A stretch of 64,000 nucleotides of DNA. It comes from Phycisphaerae bacterium (GTDB lineage Bacteria; Planctomycetota; Phycisphaerae; Sedimentisphaerales; Anaerobacaceae). Made by a program: the position numbers and the translations under genes. The stretch spans positions 16,770 through 80,769 of the forward strand of contig JAUWBI010000002.1 of assembly GCA_030601745.1 (NCBI GenBank), in the 5' to 3' direction. A model generated the notes under the pieces. That model did not search any database and had not been told where the DNA came from. It saw only the letters and a list, made by a program, of their open reading frames with translations. Positions 43,378 through 52,735 of this stretch are shown here, one piece after another (position 1 is the first letter of the stretch; each line of letters starts with the position of its first letter).

Positions 43378-44691
43378 TTATGAAACTTCCCTAAGCAATT
43401 TATGGTCAAGCAGCACATCGGCAGCATTCTTAATAAGGTCGAAATCCAAACCTGACCTATCAGAGATATCCAGCAGGCTATGTTTGCCGTCTGACATATT
43501 TAAGACCCAAAGCAAAGGCATTTCATCTATAGGTCGTCTTTGGAGCCCACCCATCATTTCATAAAGGCCTCTTTTGCCTAACTGTACCTCCCCTTTTGGC
43601 TTTAAGTTAAGATATTTTCTGTTGTTCTCGAGCACATAAATTACCGAGAGGTACTTTTCGAATGATTCAGCGAGGTACTGGTGACGAACAACGTCAAAAT
43701 TATCTGCGGAGCTATGGTACTGGGGAAACTGGCTATGGGTGCTTCTTGTCAGGGAACCCACCGGCAGATTAAATCCGGTTGAGCAATAATTTCGCTCATC
43801 ATATCCGTATGGTGAAAAATCAATTATCTTGTAGTCACTGCCAGAAGTCCTCAGGACGTTTACAACCGCCTGGTCTATTTCTGCATCACCTCGGCGGCTT
43901 CTTTTGTATATGAAACTGCCTCGGTCACCAACACACGCGACGACCAGACCATGCTTGATATTTGAAACTTTATGCTCATTCAAACAGAGCCAAACTATTG
44001 AGCCTATGGCTCCTGGAATAAACAGAAATCTATATGAGTACCTGGGCGTGATGCTACTGATACATTTTGCGAGAAAAGTGGAAAGCACTACACCGGAAAG
44101 GTTGTCGTTACAAAGGGAAGGATGACAAGCATGAGTGGATATTAACACCTCTTCAGAATTTTGGCCCTGTATGTGATACTCGCCATAATTCAAATGACCC
44201 TCTTCCAGCGTGGAATCAATGACGACCTCATAGGTATCTTCCTTTAGCTTTAAAAAGTCGTTGTGACTTAGACAGAACCCCCAGTTTTCTTTGTAATATG
44301 AAGTCCGGTAGGGAATCCAGTCAGGATGTTCAGGCAGCGTGAAAAGATGCTCCTGGAGCTCCTTTAGCAACATTTTTCTGTTGACCGCCATGCTATAGTT
44401 GACAACGTGCAAGTTTGATTTTTTGAAATCGATTATTTTTTCGCCCTTGGAATTTTTTAGGTACGCGTTTTTAATGTTCCACTCTTTTGGCACCGTCCAG
44501 TCAAAAACTTCAGTACCACTTGGGATTGCGTGAATTTCCAAGGGAATGTGTTGCTTCAGGATATTCTGGGTTTGGCGAAAGCCTTCTCCGGTTATGCTGC
44601 GGCAAATTGGATACAGCTCTGACATCAGCTTGTGCATCTGCCTGCCAATTTCATCTATATCGATATTTCTCTTGAGGTCCGCTATATTCAT
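43378..44691 (-). CDS. DUF4910/aminopeptidase-like (M28-fold) protein commonly found in O-antigen/CDP-sugar clusters
   Basis: 437 aa. The N-terminus ...MHKLMSELYPICRSITGEGFRQTQNIL... is typical of this family. The call is from memory. Confidence 0.65.
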   Translation of the reverse strand: MNIADLKRNIDIDEIGRQMHKLMSELYPICRSITGEGFRQTQNILKQHIPLEIHAIPSGTEVFDWTVPKEWNIKNAYLKNSKGEKIIDFKKSNLHVVNYSMAVNRKMLLKELQEHLFTLPEHPDWIPYRTSYYKENWGFCLSHNDFLKLKEDTYEVVIDSTLEEGHLNYGEYHIQGQNSEEVLISTHACHPSLCNDNLSGVVLSTFLAKCISSITPRYSYRFLFIPGAIGSIVWLCLNEHKVSNIKHGLVVACVGDRGSFIYKRSRRGDAEIDQAVVNVLRTSGSDYKIIDFSPYGYDERNYCSTGFNLPVGSLTRSTHSQFPQYHSSADNFDVVRHQYLAESFEKYLSVIYVLENNRKYLNLKPKGEVQLGKRGLYEMMGGLQRRPIDEMPLLWVLNMSDGKHSLLDISDRSGLDFDLIKNAADVLLDHKLLREVS

Positions 44692-44777
44692 ATTTCCAAT
44701 CTTCGAAGCTTGCTTATATTATTTTTCAGTGCAGTCCTAAGTACATATTAGTCTGCTCTAAACCCTAACATTTGAAA

Positions 44778-46034
44778 CTAAACTATTAGCGGTTCCGGGA
44801 TAGGAATGATAAACTTGCCTCCCCTGGCACGAAAGGCGGCCTGCTGTGAGAGGATTTCATCTTTGAAGTTCCAGGGCAATATCAAAACATAATCAGGCAT
44901 ATCCTGCATAAGTCTGGCTGGGTCACAGATTGGAATGTGTTTTCCAGGCATATACTTGCCTTGCTTGTGAACGTTACGGTCAACAACAAAGTTGATAATA
45001 TCGGTATCAGCTTCAATGTAGTTGAGCATGATAGCACCTTTAGCTGCTGCGCCATATGCTGCGATGTTCTTGCCTTTTGATTTCAAATCCTGCAGTAACT
45101 GCTGCATCTGTTTTCGAATATCCTGCACCTTTTTGCTGAAGCTGGTATAGTATTCATAATTGTCTACACCTGTTTCTCGCTCCTCTTCCATGAGTTTTTG
45201 GACCGATTCCAGTACATCTTCGTAGGGACTGACGAACAATCGTAATGAGCCACCATGAATAGTGAGGCGCTGAATGTCGTTTAGAAAAAGCTTGTGACGG
45301 CGGAACAGCCTGTCCAAAGCTGTAACCGAAAAATAGCACAGGTGCTCATGATAAATGGTATCGAACTCACAATGGTCAATCATTTCCCTGACGTAAGGCA
45401 CTTCTATAACTGCGACCCCTTTATCTTTTAACAGGATACGAATGCCTTCGACAAAACCGTTTGTGTCAGCGACGTGAGCTAAAACATTGTTTGCATGGAT
45501 CACGTCGGCTTTCCGTCCCTCATCTACTAACCGCTGAGCGAGAGCCTTGGTAAAAAAAGTGCAGAGTGTAGGTACACCGACTTTCTCTGCCACCTGAGAT
45601 GGGCCTTCGGCAGGGTCAATACCAAGACATGGTATCCCGCTTTCGACATAGTTTTTGAGCAGATAGCCGTCATTGCTGGCTAATTCGACAACAAAGCTGT
45701 CAGGGCCAAGCTTGCGTTTTTCTATCAAAGATAGAACATTCTTGCGTGAATGCTCCAGAAGAAAATCGGAAAATGATGAGTAGTAGGGATAATCATCGCA
45801 GAACAGTTTCTCAGGGGGCACCGTCTCAAGTATTTGTACCAGCGAGCAACCGGGGCAGAACACTAATTCCAATGGATACATGCCCTCTTGCTTACTTAGT
45901 AATTCTTCACTAAGCAGCCCGTCGGAGAGGGGCATAAGTCCAAAATCAAGTATTGGTTTTAGTCCGAACTCTCGACAGCTACGACACTGTGTTTTTGAGC
46001 ACTTCTTCTCGAAATTGTTCTGTTCTAAGATCAC
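44778..46034 (-). CDS. SAM-dependent sugar C-methyltransferase (Zn-ribbon + class I MTase + C-methyltransferase C-terminal domain)
   Basis: 418 aa with N-terminal CRSCREFGLKPILDFGLMPLSDGLL and ...VVELASNDGYLLKNY... The C-terminal part reads ...IAAYGAAAKGAIMLNY...DRNVHKQGKYMPGKHIPI. Confidence 0.8.
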   Translation of the reverse strand: MILEQNNFEKKCSKTQCRSCREFGLKPILDFGLMPLSDGLLSEELLSKQEGMYPLELVFCPGCSLVQILETVPPEKLFCDDYPYYSSFSDFLLEHSRKNVLSLIEKRKLGPDSFVVELASNDGYLLKNYVESGIPCLGIDPAEGPSQVAEKVGVPTLCTFFTKALAQRLVDEGRKADVIHANNVLAHVADTNGFVEGIRILLKDKGVAVIEVPYVREMIDHCEFDTIYHEHLCYFSVTALDRLFRRHKLFLNDIQRLTIHGGSLRLFVSPYEDVLESVQKLMEEERETGVDNYEYYTSFSKKVQDIRKQMQQLLQDLKSKGKNIAAYGAAAKGAIMLNYIEADTDIINFVVDRNVHKQGKYMPGKHIPICDPARLMQDMPDYVLILPWNFKDEILSQQAAFRARGGKFIIPIPEPLIV

Positions 46035-46076
46035 AGAAAGTCCCTTTCACATCAGAAGGCTATACTGTCACTCGCT

Positions 46077-47102
46077 CTAACTTTTGAAGCGGAAGGTCTT
46101 ATCAAGGATACCCTCCTGCAGCAATTTACGAATATGCGCAATTCTCTTGTATCTTGGGCCTTCAAACTCTTCGAGAGTTACGCCGTGTTTCTTGTATGCC
46201 TCGTAAAGTTCCTTTGCACCCCGACGGGCATTCCATTTGGTTTGAAAGCTCGACAATACTTGAGGCAGCCGGTCACAATTGACCTTGTAGCAGCGTTTGT
46301 CCGGCGAAGCGTCTTCGGCAAATGTAACCTGACAGTTAGGTACTGTTTCTCTCACTATATTAGCAATGTCCCTGATTTGCAGGTTATCTTCGGTCACCCC
46401 CACATTAAAAGCCTGGTTGTGAATCAACTCCTTCGGAGCACCAAGCACGGCAATAAATGCAAGGGCAATATCTCTTATATGTACGATAGGTCGCCAGGGG
46501 CTGCCATCACTTTTCATCATTATCTTTCCGGTAGTGAAGGCCCAGGCAGTAAGGTTGTTAAGTACCAGATCGAAACGAAGACGCGGAGAGACACCATAAG
46601 CTGTGGCGTTACGCAGAAATATGGGCGAGAAGTTGTCATCCGCCAGAGCTGATACATCCCGTTCGGTCAAGACCTTTGATTCACCGTAAGGTGTTACTGG
46701 ATTAAACGGCGATTCTTCAGTGAGCCATTCTTCACCTCCTGCCCCATAATTACTGCAGGATGAGGAGAATACAAACCGCTCAGCACCTACACTCTTGGCC
46801 AACTCAGCCAGCCGTACCGAGGCTCGATAATTAATCTCGTATGTCAGTTCCGGATTAAAGTCGCCCAATGGGTCGTTCGACAAACCCGCCAGATGACACA
46901 CTGCGTCAAAGCCCTTTAGGTCATCAGGTTCGATATCGCGGATATCTTTTTGGATACATGGAATATTCGGGACAGCCTCTCCAAAGGTGCATTGCTTGTA
47001 AAGGTCACTGTCGAGCCCAACCACATCGTGACCTTCGGCCATTAACATCGGCGTCAGAACGGTGCCAATGTATCCGTGAGACCCTGTTACTAATACTCTC
47101 AT
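46077..47102 (-). CDS. NAD-dependent NDP-sugar epimerase/dehydratase (SDR family)
   Basis: Start at the ATG at 47102 ([31 protein letters not shown]), 4 nt after the rfbF stop. The longer track ORF, up to 47312, overlaps rfbF and is rejected. Confidence 0.85.
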   Translation of the reverse strand: MRVLVTGSHGYIGTVLTPMLMAEGHDVVGLDSDLYKQCTFGEAVPNIPCIQKDIRDIEPDDLKGFDAVCHLAGLSNDPLGDFNPELTYEINYRASVRLAELAKSVGAERFVFSSSCSNYGAGGEEWLTEESPFNPVTPYGESKVLTERDVSALADDNFSPIFLRNATAYGVSPRLRFDLVLNNLTAWAFTTGKIMMKSDGSPWRPIVHIRDIALAFIAVLGAPKELIHNQAFNVGVTEDNLQIRDIANIVRETVPNCQVTFAEDASPDKRCYKVNCDRLPQVLSSFQTKWNARRGAKELYEAYKKHGVTLEEFEGPRYKRIAHIRKLLQEGILDKTFRFKS

Positions 47103-47106
47103 CTTT

Positions 47107-47883
47107 TCACTCCCAAATTTTCCAGGGGGGATTTCCGTCTTGCCACATTGCGTCAAGCCGTCTTTTGTCGCGCAGTGTATCCATACATTGCCAAAATGAG
47201 GAGTGGCGATATGCCACAAGTTGGCCATCTTTGGCCAGTTGCCCCAGAGGCTTCTTCTCCCACATTGTCGTATCCCCGTCGATGTAATCGAAGACACCGG
47301 GTTCCAATACAAAAAAAGCGCCGTTAATCCATCCTTCGCTGGTTTGTGGCTTTTCGGAGAATTCTATAATCATATCGCCATCAAGATTGAGATGCCCAAA
47401 TCGGGCAGACGGTCGGACGGCCGTCAACGTGGCCAACTTGCCATGGGACTTGTGGAAATTAAGTAGATCGCGAAGATTTACATCAGAAACCCCATCGCCC
47501 CAGGTCAGCATGAATGTTTTGTCGCCCAAATACGGCGCGAGTCGCTTGATACGTCCCCCCGTCATCGTATCTCTGCCGGTATCTATTAACTCAACAGTCC
47601 AGTCTGCTTTATAACCACCACCGTCGTGAATTTCAACATCACCATTTTGCAAGTTGACCGTTAGATTGCTACACAACCGGCAATAATCAACCATGTACTT
47701 TTTGATGTATTCTCCCTTGTATCCGAGGGCGATTATGAAGTCTTTGAATCCATAATAAGCGTAGTGCATCATAATATGCCACAAGATGGGATTCCCACCA
47801 ATTTCTACCATGGGTTTGGGTTTTGTCTCAGTCTCTTCCGCCAGACGTGCCCCGAGACCTCCTGCAAGTATTGCAACTTTCAT
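47107..47883 (-). CDS. rfbF: Glucose-1-phosphate cytidylyltransferase
   Basis: 258 aa. [64 protein letters not shown]... is the characteristic RfbF sequence. Confidence 0.9.
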   Translation of the reverse strand: MKVAILAGGLGARLAEETETKPKPMVEIGGNPILWHIMMHYAYYGFKDFIIALGYKGEYIKKYMVDYCRLCSNLTVNLQNGDVEIHDGGGYKADWTVELIDTGRDTMTGGRIKRLAPYLGDKTFMLTWGDGVSDVNLRDLLNFHKSHGKLATLTAVRPSARFGHLNLDGDMIIEFSEKPQTSEGWINGAFFVLEPGVFDYIDGDTTMWEKKPLGQLAKDGQLVAYRHSSFWQCMDTLRDKRRLDAMWQDGNPPWKIWE

Positions 47884-48039
47884 AGGTTTTCTCCTTTGTT
47901 TCTTCGAATGTTTCTTTGAATAATGTTGTTATCCGAAACCACTCACATATCTCCACCGATGGCAGGATTAATATCCCTGATAGGTGTTACGATTTTCTTA
48001 GACTACCTACTTCATTAAGAAATCTGGCTATTCTATCAA

Positions 48040-48528
48040 CTACAGTCTATTTGCAATGACATCATCAATGAATGCCTTTACTGCATCAAGAATTTCTTGA
48101 GAACCTTTACCTTGAGTTGGTACAAAAGACTCAGCTTCCTTGAGTTTAACAGGCAAGTCCTCAGTTTCAAAGGCTACTAGTAATCTCCCCTCTTTCGCTA
48201 ACACCTTGGCAGTGTCAAACTGGTGGTCAGTGTTTGCTTCCCCTAATTTTGCCTTGCGCGGCACAACAATAATCGGCTTTCCTCGTTTGGTTGTCTCTAT
48301 TATCGTTCCCATACCTACATGGGATATTACTAACCATGCTCTACAAATCAGATTCCTGAACTCACTTGGTGAGCAGAACTCCATAACTGTCATATTCTTT
48401 GGCTTGTATAAGCTATGCCCCGTCTGCGCGATGACCCGATCAGTTATGACGCCGTTGCCTACGAGTTCGTCTACAGCCTTAACGAGACGGTCAAATGGAA
48501 ATTGTGTCCCCACTGTCAAAAAAATCAT
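48040..48528 (-). CDS. Alg13-like / PssE-Cps14G-type glycosyltransferase catalytic subunit (GT28 C-terminal domain)
   Basis: 162 aa. MIFLTVGTQFPFDRLVKAVDELV...ISHVGMGTI... It has a 4-nt overlap with the Alg14-like gene. Confidence 0.8.
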   Translation of the reverse strand: MIFLTVGTQFPFDRLVKAVDELVGNGVITDRVIAQTGHSLYKPKNMTVMEFCSPSEFRNLICRAWLVISHVGMGTIIETTKRGKPIIVVPRKAKLGEANTDHQFDTAKVLAKEGRLLVAFETEDLPVKLKEAESFVPTQGKGSQEILDAVKAFIDDVIANRL

Positions 48529-48995
48529 ATCACCGCACCCACATATTCGACATTCTTATACTGCTCGACCAGGTCCGGCCACTGCACCAGGAAAAGATCC
48601 GTGATATACCTGACCATCCTCCCTGACAGCGATACCCACTTCACATTGGTAATACTGTCAATCCACACGACTTTTGCAGCCAGTAGTTTACGCAGCAAAC
48701 ACATTAATACACCTGGGGCTGCGCCGGTACTTATGACAACATCAGGGTGTTCTCGGACAATGATTTTTGTACATTGACACAATGTTTTAATAACGCGAAG
48801 AGGATATTGGCGGTTGCACTCGCCCACAACATAGGTCTTGCCACGCTGTCTAAGCTTATTGGCAATTGCCTGTGCGGTGGAAATATAAATAGCCTCGTGT
48901 TGTTGCCAGCTATCTGCCAGTTTTAGTAGCTCTGTTAGGCGTCCTCCCGCTGAGGCTACAAGGCAAATTCGCAGTTTCTCTCTACGTTTAACCAT
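48525..48995 (-). CDS. Alg14-like / PssD-Cps14F-type glycosyltransferase membrane-anchoring subunit
   Basis: 156 aa. ...LRICLVASAGGRLTELLKL...DVVISTGAAPGVLMCLL...VVWIDSITNV..LSLSGRMV... Confidence 0.8.
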   Translation of the reverse strand: MVKRREKLRICLVASAGGRLTELLKLADSWQQHEAIYISTAQAIANKLRQRGKTYVVGECNRQYPLRVIKTLCQCTKIIVREHPDVVISTGAAPGVLMCLLRKLLAAKVVWIDSITNVKWVSLSGRMVRYITDLFLVQWPDLVEQYKNVEYVGAVI

Positions 48996-49614
48996 TAGCC
49001 CGATCGGTGAAAAGACTACTGTCCTGACTCAAAAGCTCTTCCAGCATTAATTCTGCCTTAGTGTCCCACGAAGAGTTTTTCACTTTTTCCCTTCTTGTTG
49101 TAACAAGCTTGGGGCTGTCCTGTCTTATAGCACGTTTGATACAGTTGGCAAATTCTTTAGGTGTCCTAGCTAAATAGACAACATCAAGATATTTGTTAAG
49201 CTCTGGAAAAGGTGTGCTGACTATTGGTTTACCTAATGCCAGGTGTTCTTTTAGTTTAATGGGATTGCAAGCTTCAATCCAACGGTTCTGTTTCCAGGGC
49301 ATGATGGCCACATCAAAACATTTGCCATAATGTGGGATCTGCTCATATGGCTTTTGGCCAAGCATCCACACGTTTTTCTTTACGCATAACCCGTCACATT
49401 CGTGCGTTTCTTTGGTTGAGTCTTTCTCCGGCATCAGAAGTCCAAGCACATGTTCTTTGCCAAAGGCACGGATGCAAAGGGTGCCCACGACGCTACTGTC
49501 AATACCGCCGGATAAGGCAATAACGACGCCTCGCTTCTTGAATCGCTTCAGGACGATTTCTCAAAGACTCTGTGTTATTTTGTCCGTTTCTTTAATATTT
49601 GTAATTCTTTGCAT
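48988..49614 (-). pseudogene. Mosaic pseudogene: NAD+ synthetase (NadE) 5' fragment with in-frame TGA joined to the C-terminal third of a TuaH-like glycosyltransferase
   Basis: The minus-strand frame from ATG 49614 reads MQRITNIKETDKITQSL*(TGA 49561-49563)EIVLKRFKKRGVVIALSGGIDSSVVGTLCIRAFGKEHVLGLLMPEKDS... This is the NadE SGGIDS P-loop. It then continues ...KKNVWMLGQKPYEQIPHYGKCFDVAIMPWKQNRWIEACNPIKLKEHLALGKP..., which is paralogous to the C-terminus of 52735-53925. Confidence 0.7.
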
Positions 49615-49679
49615 GGCAGGCCATAAGGGCCTTTGTTAATGGGATTTTATTCTATTTCAGCGATACTTAAACGTCTTCT

Positions 49680-50891
49680 TTAATGGGTTAGGGCCTTCTG
49701 TTTGATTTGTCCGTTAAAGATGGATAAATATCTTCCTTTCATAACATTCCATGTGATCATTTCATTTTGTCGACAAGCATTCTCGACCAATGTCTTACCA
49801 AGTTCGGTTTTATGTTGATTAAAATATTTGATCTTTTCAACTAAATCATCCGTATCATTGAGATCGAAATATAAGATCGCATTGTCATCGTAATAACTTC
49901 GCATACATTTCACGTCACTACATAAAATGGGTATACTCATTGAGATATATTGAGAAATTTTAGACGCAAATGCATATTGGCTGTAGATGTTGTTGTCCAA
50001 GGGCACGATGGCCAGATCAAACTCATGAGCCATCTCAGCGACTTTATATTCCTCCAAGTACCCTTTTAGAAAGACGCTTTCGGCTAAATTCTTCGACTGA
50101 ATGTAAGCTTTCAAGTCTGAATATGTCTTACCGTCCCCGTAGATGTGAAACGTTACCGGAAGGAAATCTCTAAGCTTTTCCATCGCATCGATGACAACAT
50201 TCATTCGGTACGTATTGGTCAGAACGCCATGAAAAACGGCTTTCAATCCATCTGTCTTAAACCGTATTGTTTCGTCCCTTTCAGCGACCGTAAAAGGATC
50301 TGCGGTATTCATCACAACAGTCACAGACTCTACCTTATGTCGTTGTTTGATCACTTCTGAAATGGCTTCCGTTACCGTAATGACCTGATCCGAAAACCAG
50401 ACGGACAGCTTTTCTTCAAGTAATAATATTTTATAGTAAAGGCTGGCGGTGCTAAGATTGTGACGATGCAAAAAAAGTTCCGGCATTAATTCGTGCATGT
50501 CCAAGACCACCTTGGCACCGAAAAGTTTTGGTATCACAGCAGTAAACACATAGCCATTTGGGATATTATTTATCTGTATAAGATTGTATCTTTTTTTGAA
50601 ATATAAAAGATTTAGTTTTATTGAAAACAAGATGAATGCAGAGAGAAATTCAAAGTAGTACCGTAGCTTCGAGCCACGTTTTTTACTTAAAGGGACCCTA
50701 TAGATTCTAATCGGGCCATATTGATCCTCCTTTTTTTCGTGGTCACTGAAATTCCTTATACACAAGATGTCGACTTCATAACCACGCTCGATTAAGGCTT
50801 GTGCTTGCCTCAAAACCCTACGATCTCTAGGAAAATATTCGTGAGTTATAGAGCAAACCCATTTACTTTTATTTATCTGAGAACTCTTCAT
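49680..50891 (-). CDS. Glycosyltransferase, GT4/GT1-fold
   Basis: 403 aa. The N-terminal sequence ...ITHEYFPRDRRVLRQAQALIERGYEVDILC... and the two-Rossmann-domain layout are typical of GT4. Confidence 0.75.
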   Translation of the reverse strand: MKSSQINKSKWVCSITHEYFPRDRRVLRQAQALIERGYEVDILCIRNFSDHEKKEDQYGPIRIYRVPLSKKRGSKLRYYFEFLSAFILFSIKLNLLYFKKRYNLIQINNIPNGYVFTAVIPKLFGAKVVLDMHELMPELFLHRHNLSTASLYYKILLLEEKLSVWFSDQVITVTEAISEVIKQRHKVESVTVVMNTADPFTVAERDETIRFKTDGLKAVFHGVLTNTYRMNVVIDAMEKLRDFLPVTFHIYGDGKTYSDLKAYIQSKNLAESVFLKGYLEEYKVAEMAHEFDLAIVPLDNNIYSQYAFASKISQYISMSIPILCSDVKCMRSYYDDNAILYFDLNDTDDLVEKIKYFNQHKTELGKTLVENACRQNEMITWNVMKGRYLSIFNGQIKQKALTH

Positions 50892-51726
50892 AAACTTCTC
50901 TACCGACTTTGAACAGTGCGTTTCTTCTCTTGCATTCTTCTATGATTTTTGTGTAAATCAGTTTATATCCTGGAAATTCCTTCTCATTAAAAACCCTCTG
51001 ATGCCAGAGAACCACCAGCAAGGCTCCCTTTTTTTCGGCTTCGTCGATGACCGCCAAGCATCTGTTCCATGCATCGTCAAGATGAATCGAAAGTTCAAAC
51101 AAATATTTATCCATAATCGCCAGTGGCAGAACAACCATTCCGCTAGCCTCATCCCGGAAAGGATGATAATGGTTTTCAGGAAATCCTACATTATTTTTAA
51201 TTCCTAATGACGCGTCATATTTGAGAGCGACTTCTTTTTGTAGCCGCCAGGTATCCGGAATGACCAGATTCAAGTAATGCTGACGGATCCCAATGACTTC
51301 ATGTCCAACGATTTCCTCCAAGGCATGTTTTTCACTTTTTAATAACGCCAGGTTCCGATAGGAGTTATAACTGCCATGTAAGCCGATCTCCCATCCTCCC
51401 CGATCAAAGGTTTTAATGATTTCTCGGATTTTTGGGTCCAGAAACTTATAGTAGCCAAGGGAGCGATTCCAGCTACTTACTGAGAACAGCTTAAAAGGGA
51501 AGGATTCATTTAGGAAAAAAAGCGTGGAACGCACATCGAAGGACTCCTCGATCCTCATGATTTCTTTAAAGTTCCAGTAGGGATTGCTTCCAAATAAAGA
51601 GGCAAGATGATAGAAGACCCTGCGTCCCTTTCGTTGTATCAATGCTTTGAGAGCGTGACTAATGTATTGATACGTTTTGACCACACGGTCAATGTCGTGA
51701 GTCAAGCATACAACGAAAGGATACAT
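50869..51726 (-). CDS. Polysaccharide deacetylase-like (NodB-fold) protein
   Basis: Start at ATG 51726, with GGAGGAAGG upstream. MYPFVVCLTHDIDRV...GWEIGLHGSYNSY.... Confidence 0.65.
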   Translation of the reverse strand: MYPFVVCLTHDIDRVVKTYQYISHALKALIQRKGRRVFYHLASLFGSNPYWNFKEIMRIEESFDVRSTLFFLNESFPFKLFSVSSWNRSLGYYKFLDPKIREIIKTFDRGGWEIGLHGSYNSYRNLALLKSEKHALEEIVGHEVIGIRQHYLNLVIPDTWRLQKEVALKYDASLGIKNNVGFPENHYHPFRDEASGMVVLPLAIMDKYLFELSIHLDDAWNRCLAVIDEAEKKGALLVVLWHQRVFNEKEFPGYKLIYTKIIEECKRRNALFKVGREVYEEFSDK

Positions 51727-51743
51727 CCTTCCTCCAAATAATA

Positions 51744-52268
51744 TCAGTAGAAATCCGCAATGCACTTGACAACATATTCGGCTTGTTCATCACCGACTTC
51801 TGGATAGACTGGTAGTGCTAATGTTTCTTGTGCGGCTTTCTCGCTTTCAGGTAAATCTCCGGGTTTGTATCCAAGATAGCTAAAGCACTCTTGAAGGTGC
51901 ATTGGAACAGGATAATAGATCTCCGTTCCAATACTGGCTTCCTGAAGACTTTCCTTTAACTCATCTCGTCTTGGCACGCGGATGACGTATTGATTGAAGA
52001 TGTGTCTTTCTGTCCGAACGACAGGAAGCCGGACACATTCATCATTAACGATTCCCGCATGGCCTACTAAATAGTCAGCATCAGCCACCTTTTCATCAAA
52101 GCTCTTTTTGTCAAGTACCTCCACATATTGCATATTCCTCGGTTTAAAGCTTGTTTTACCGATCTGTGCGAAAACCTTTTGCTTAATAAGTCCTTCTGCC
52201 ACGGCGTTATCGACAGATTTTACCAAACGGTCGAAAGGAAATAGCGTACCAACCGTTAGAAAAATCAT
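51744..52268 (-). pseudogene. Chimeric ORF: Alg13-like N-terminal ~78 aa joined in frame to the C-terminal ~90 aa of a DegT/DnrJ/EryC1-type aminotransferase
   Basis: MIFLTVGTLFPFDRLVKSVDNAV...YLVGHAGI parallels 48040-48528. It then switches to ...HIFNQYVIRVPRRDELKESLQEASIGTEIYYPVPMHLQECFSYLGYKPGDLPESEKAAQETLALPVYPEV..., a DegT C-terminal signature. Confidence 0.65.
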
Positions 52269-52735
52269 ATCACGGCACCTTCATATCTGACATTCTGATA
52301 TTTGTCAGCCAACTCCATCCATTGAGTTAGGATTAAATCTGCAAAAGGCCTCACTATCCGCCCGCTTAAAGATAAGTGCTCCACATTCGCGATGCTATCT
52401 ATCCAGATGATCTTAGCACCGAAAATTTTACTTACCAAGCACAGCATGCACCCAGGTGCAGCCCCAGTACTAATTACGACATTTGGTCGTTCCTTCAATA
52501 CAATACGAATGCATCACGCCAGAACAAGCAGAGATCTAAAAAAATGTTCGTGATTGCATTCCACCGTAATATAGACTCTGCCACGTTCCTTAAGCTTCTC
52601 CTTCACAACATCCATAGTGGAGACGTAAAAAACTTCATATGGAACCCAACAGCTCGATAGCTTCAATAGTTGTTTCAAATGTCCCCCCGCTGATGCTGCC
52701 AAGCAAATTCGCAAGTTTTTCTTACGTTTGACCAT
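52265..52735 (-). pseudogene. Alg14-like gene copy interrupted by one in-frame TGA
   Basis: MVKRKKNLRICLAASAGGHLKQLLKL...FFRSLLVLA-TGA(52514-52516)-CIRIVLKERPNVVISTGAAPGCMLCL...WIDSIANVEHLSLSGRIV.... Both halves are in the same frame. The stop aligns with Q in the intact paralog. Confidence 0.7.

Noticed and set aside
46077-47312. Long (411-aa) version of the SDR epimerase/dehydratase ORF.
   Set aside because: The extra 70 codons overlap the 3' end of rfbF and look non-protein-like. The canonical [13 protein letters not shown] Rossmann start is at 47102, 4 nt after the rfbF stop.
52514-52516. In-frame TGA as possible selenocysteine or readthrough codon.
   Set aside because: It aligns with Gln, not Cys, in the intact paralog. 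The neighbouring gene of the same cassette is also broken, and I saw no obvious SECIS-like hairpin. A pseudogene is the more economical reading.
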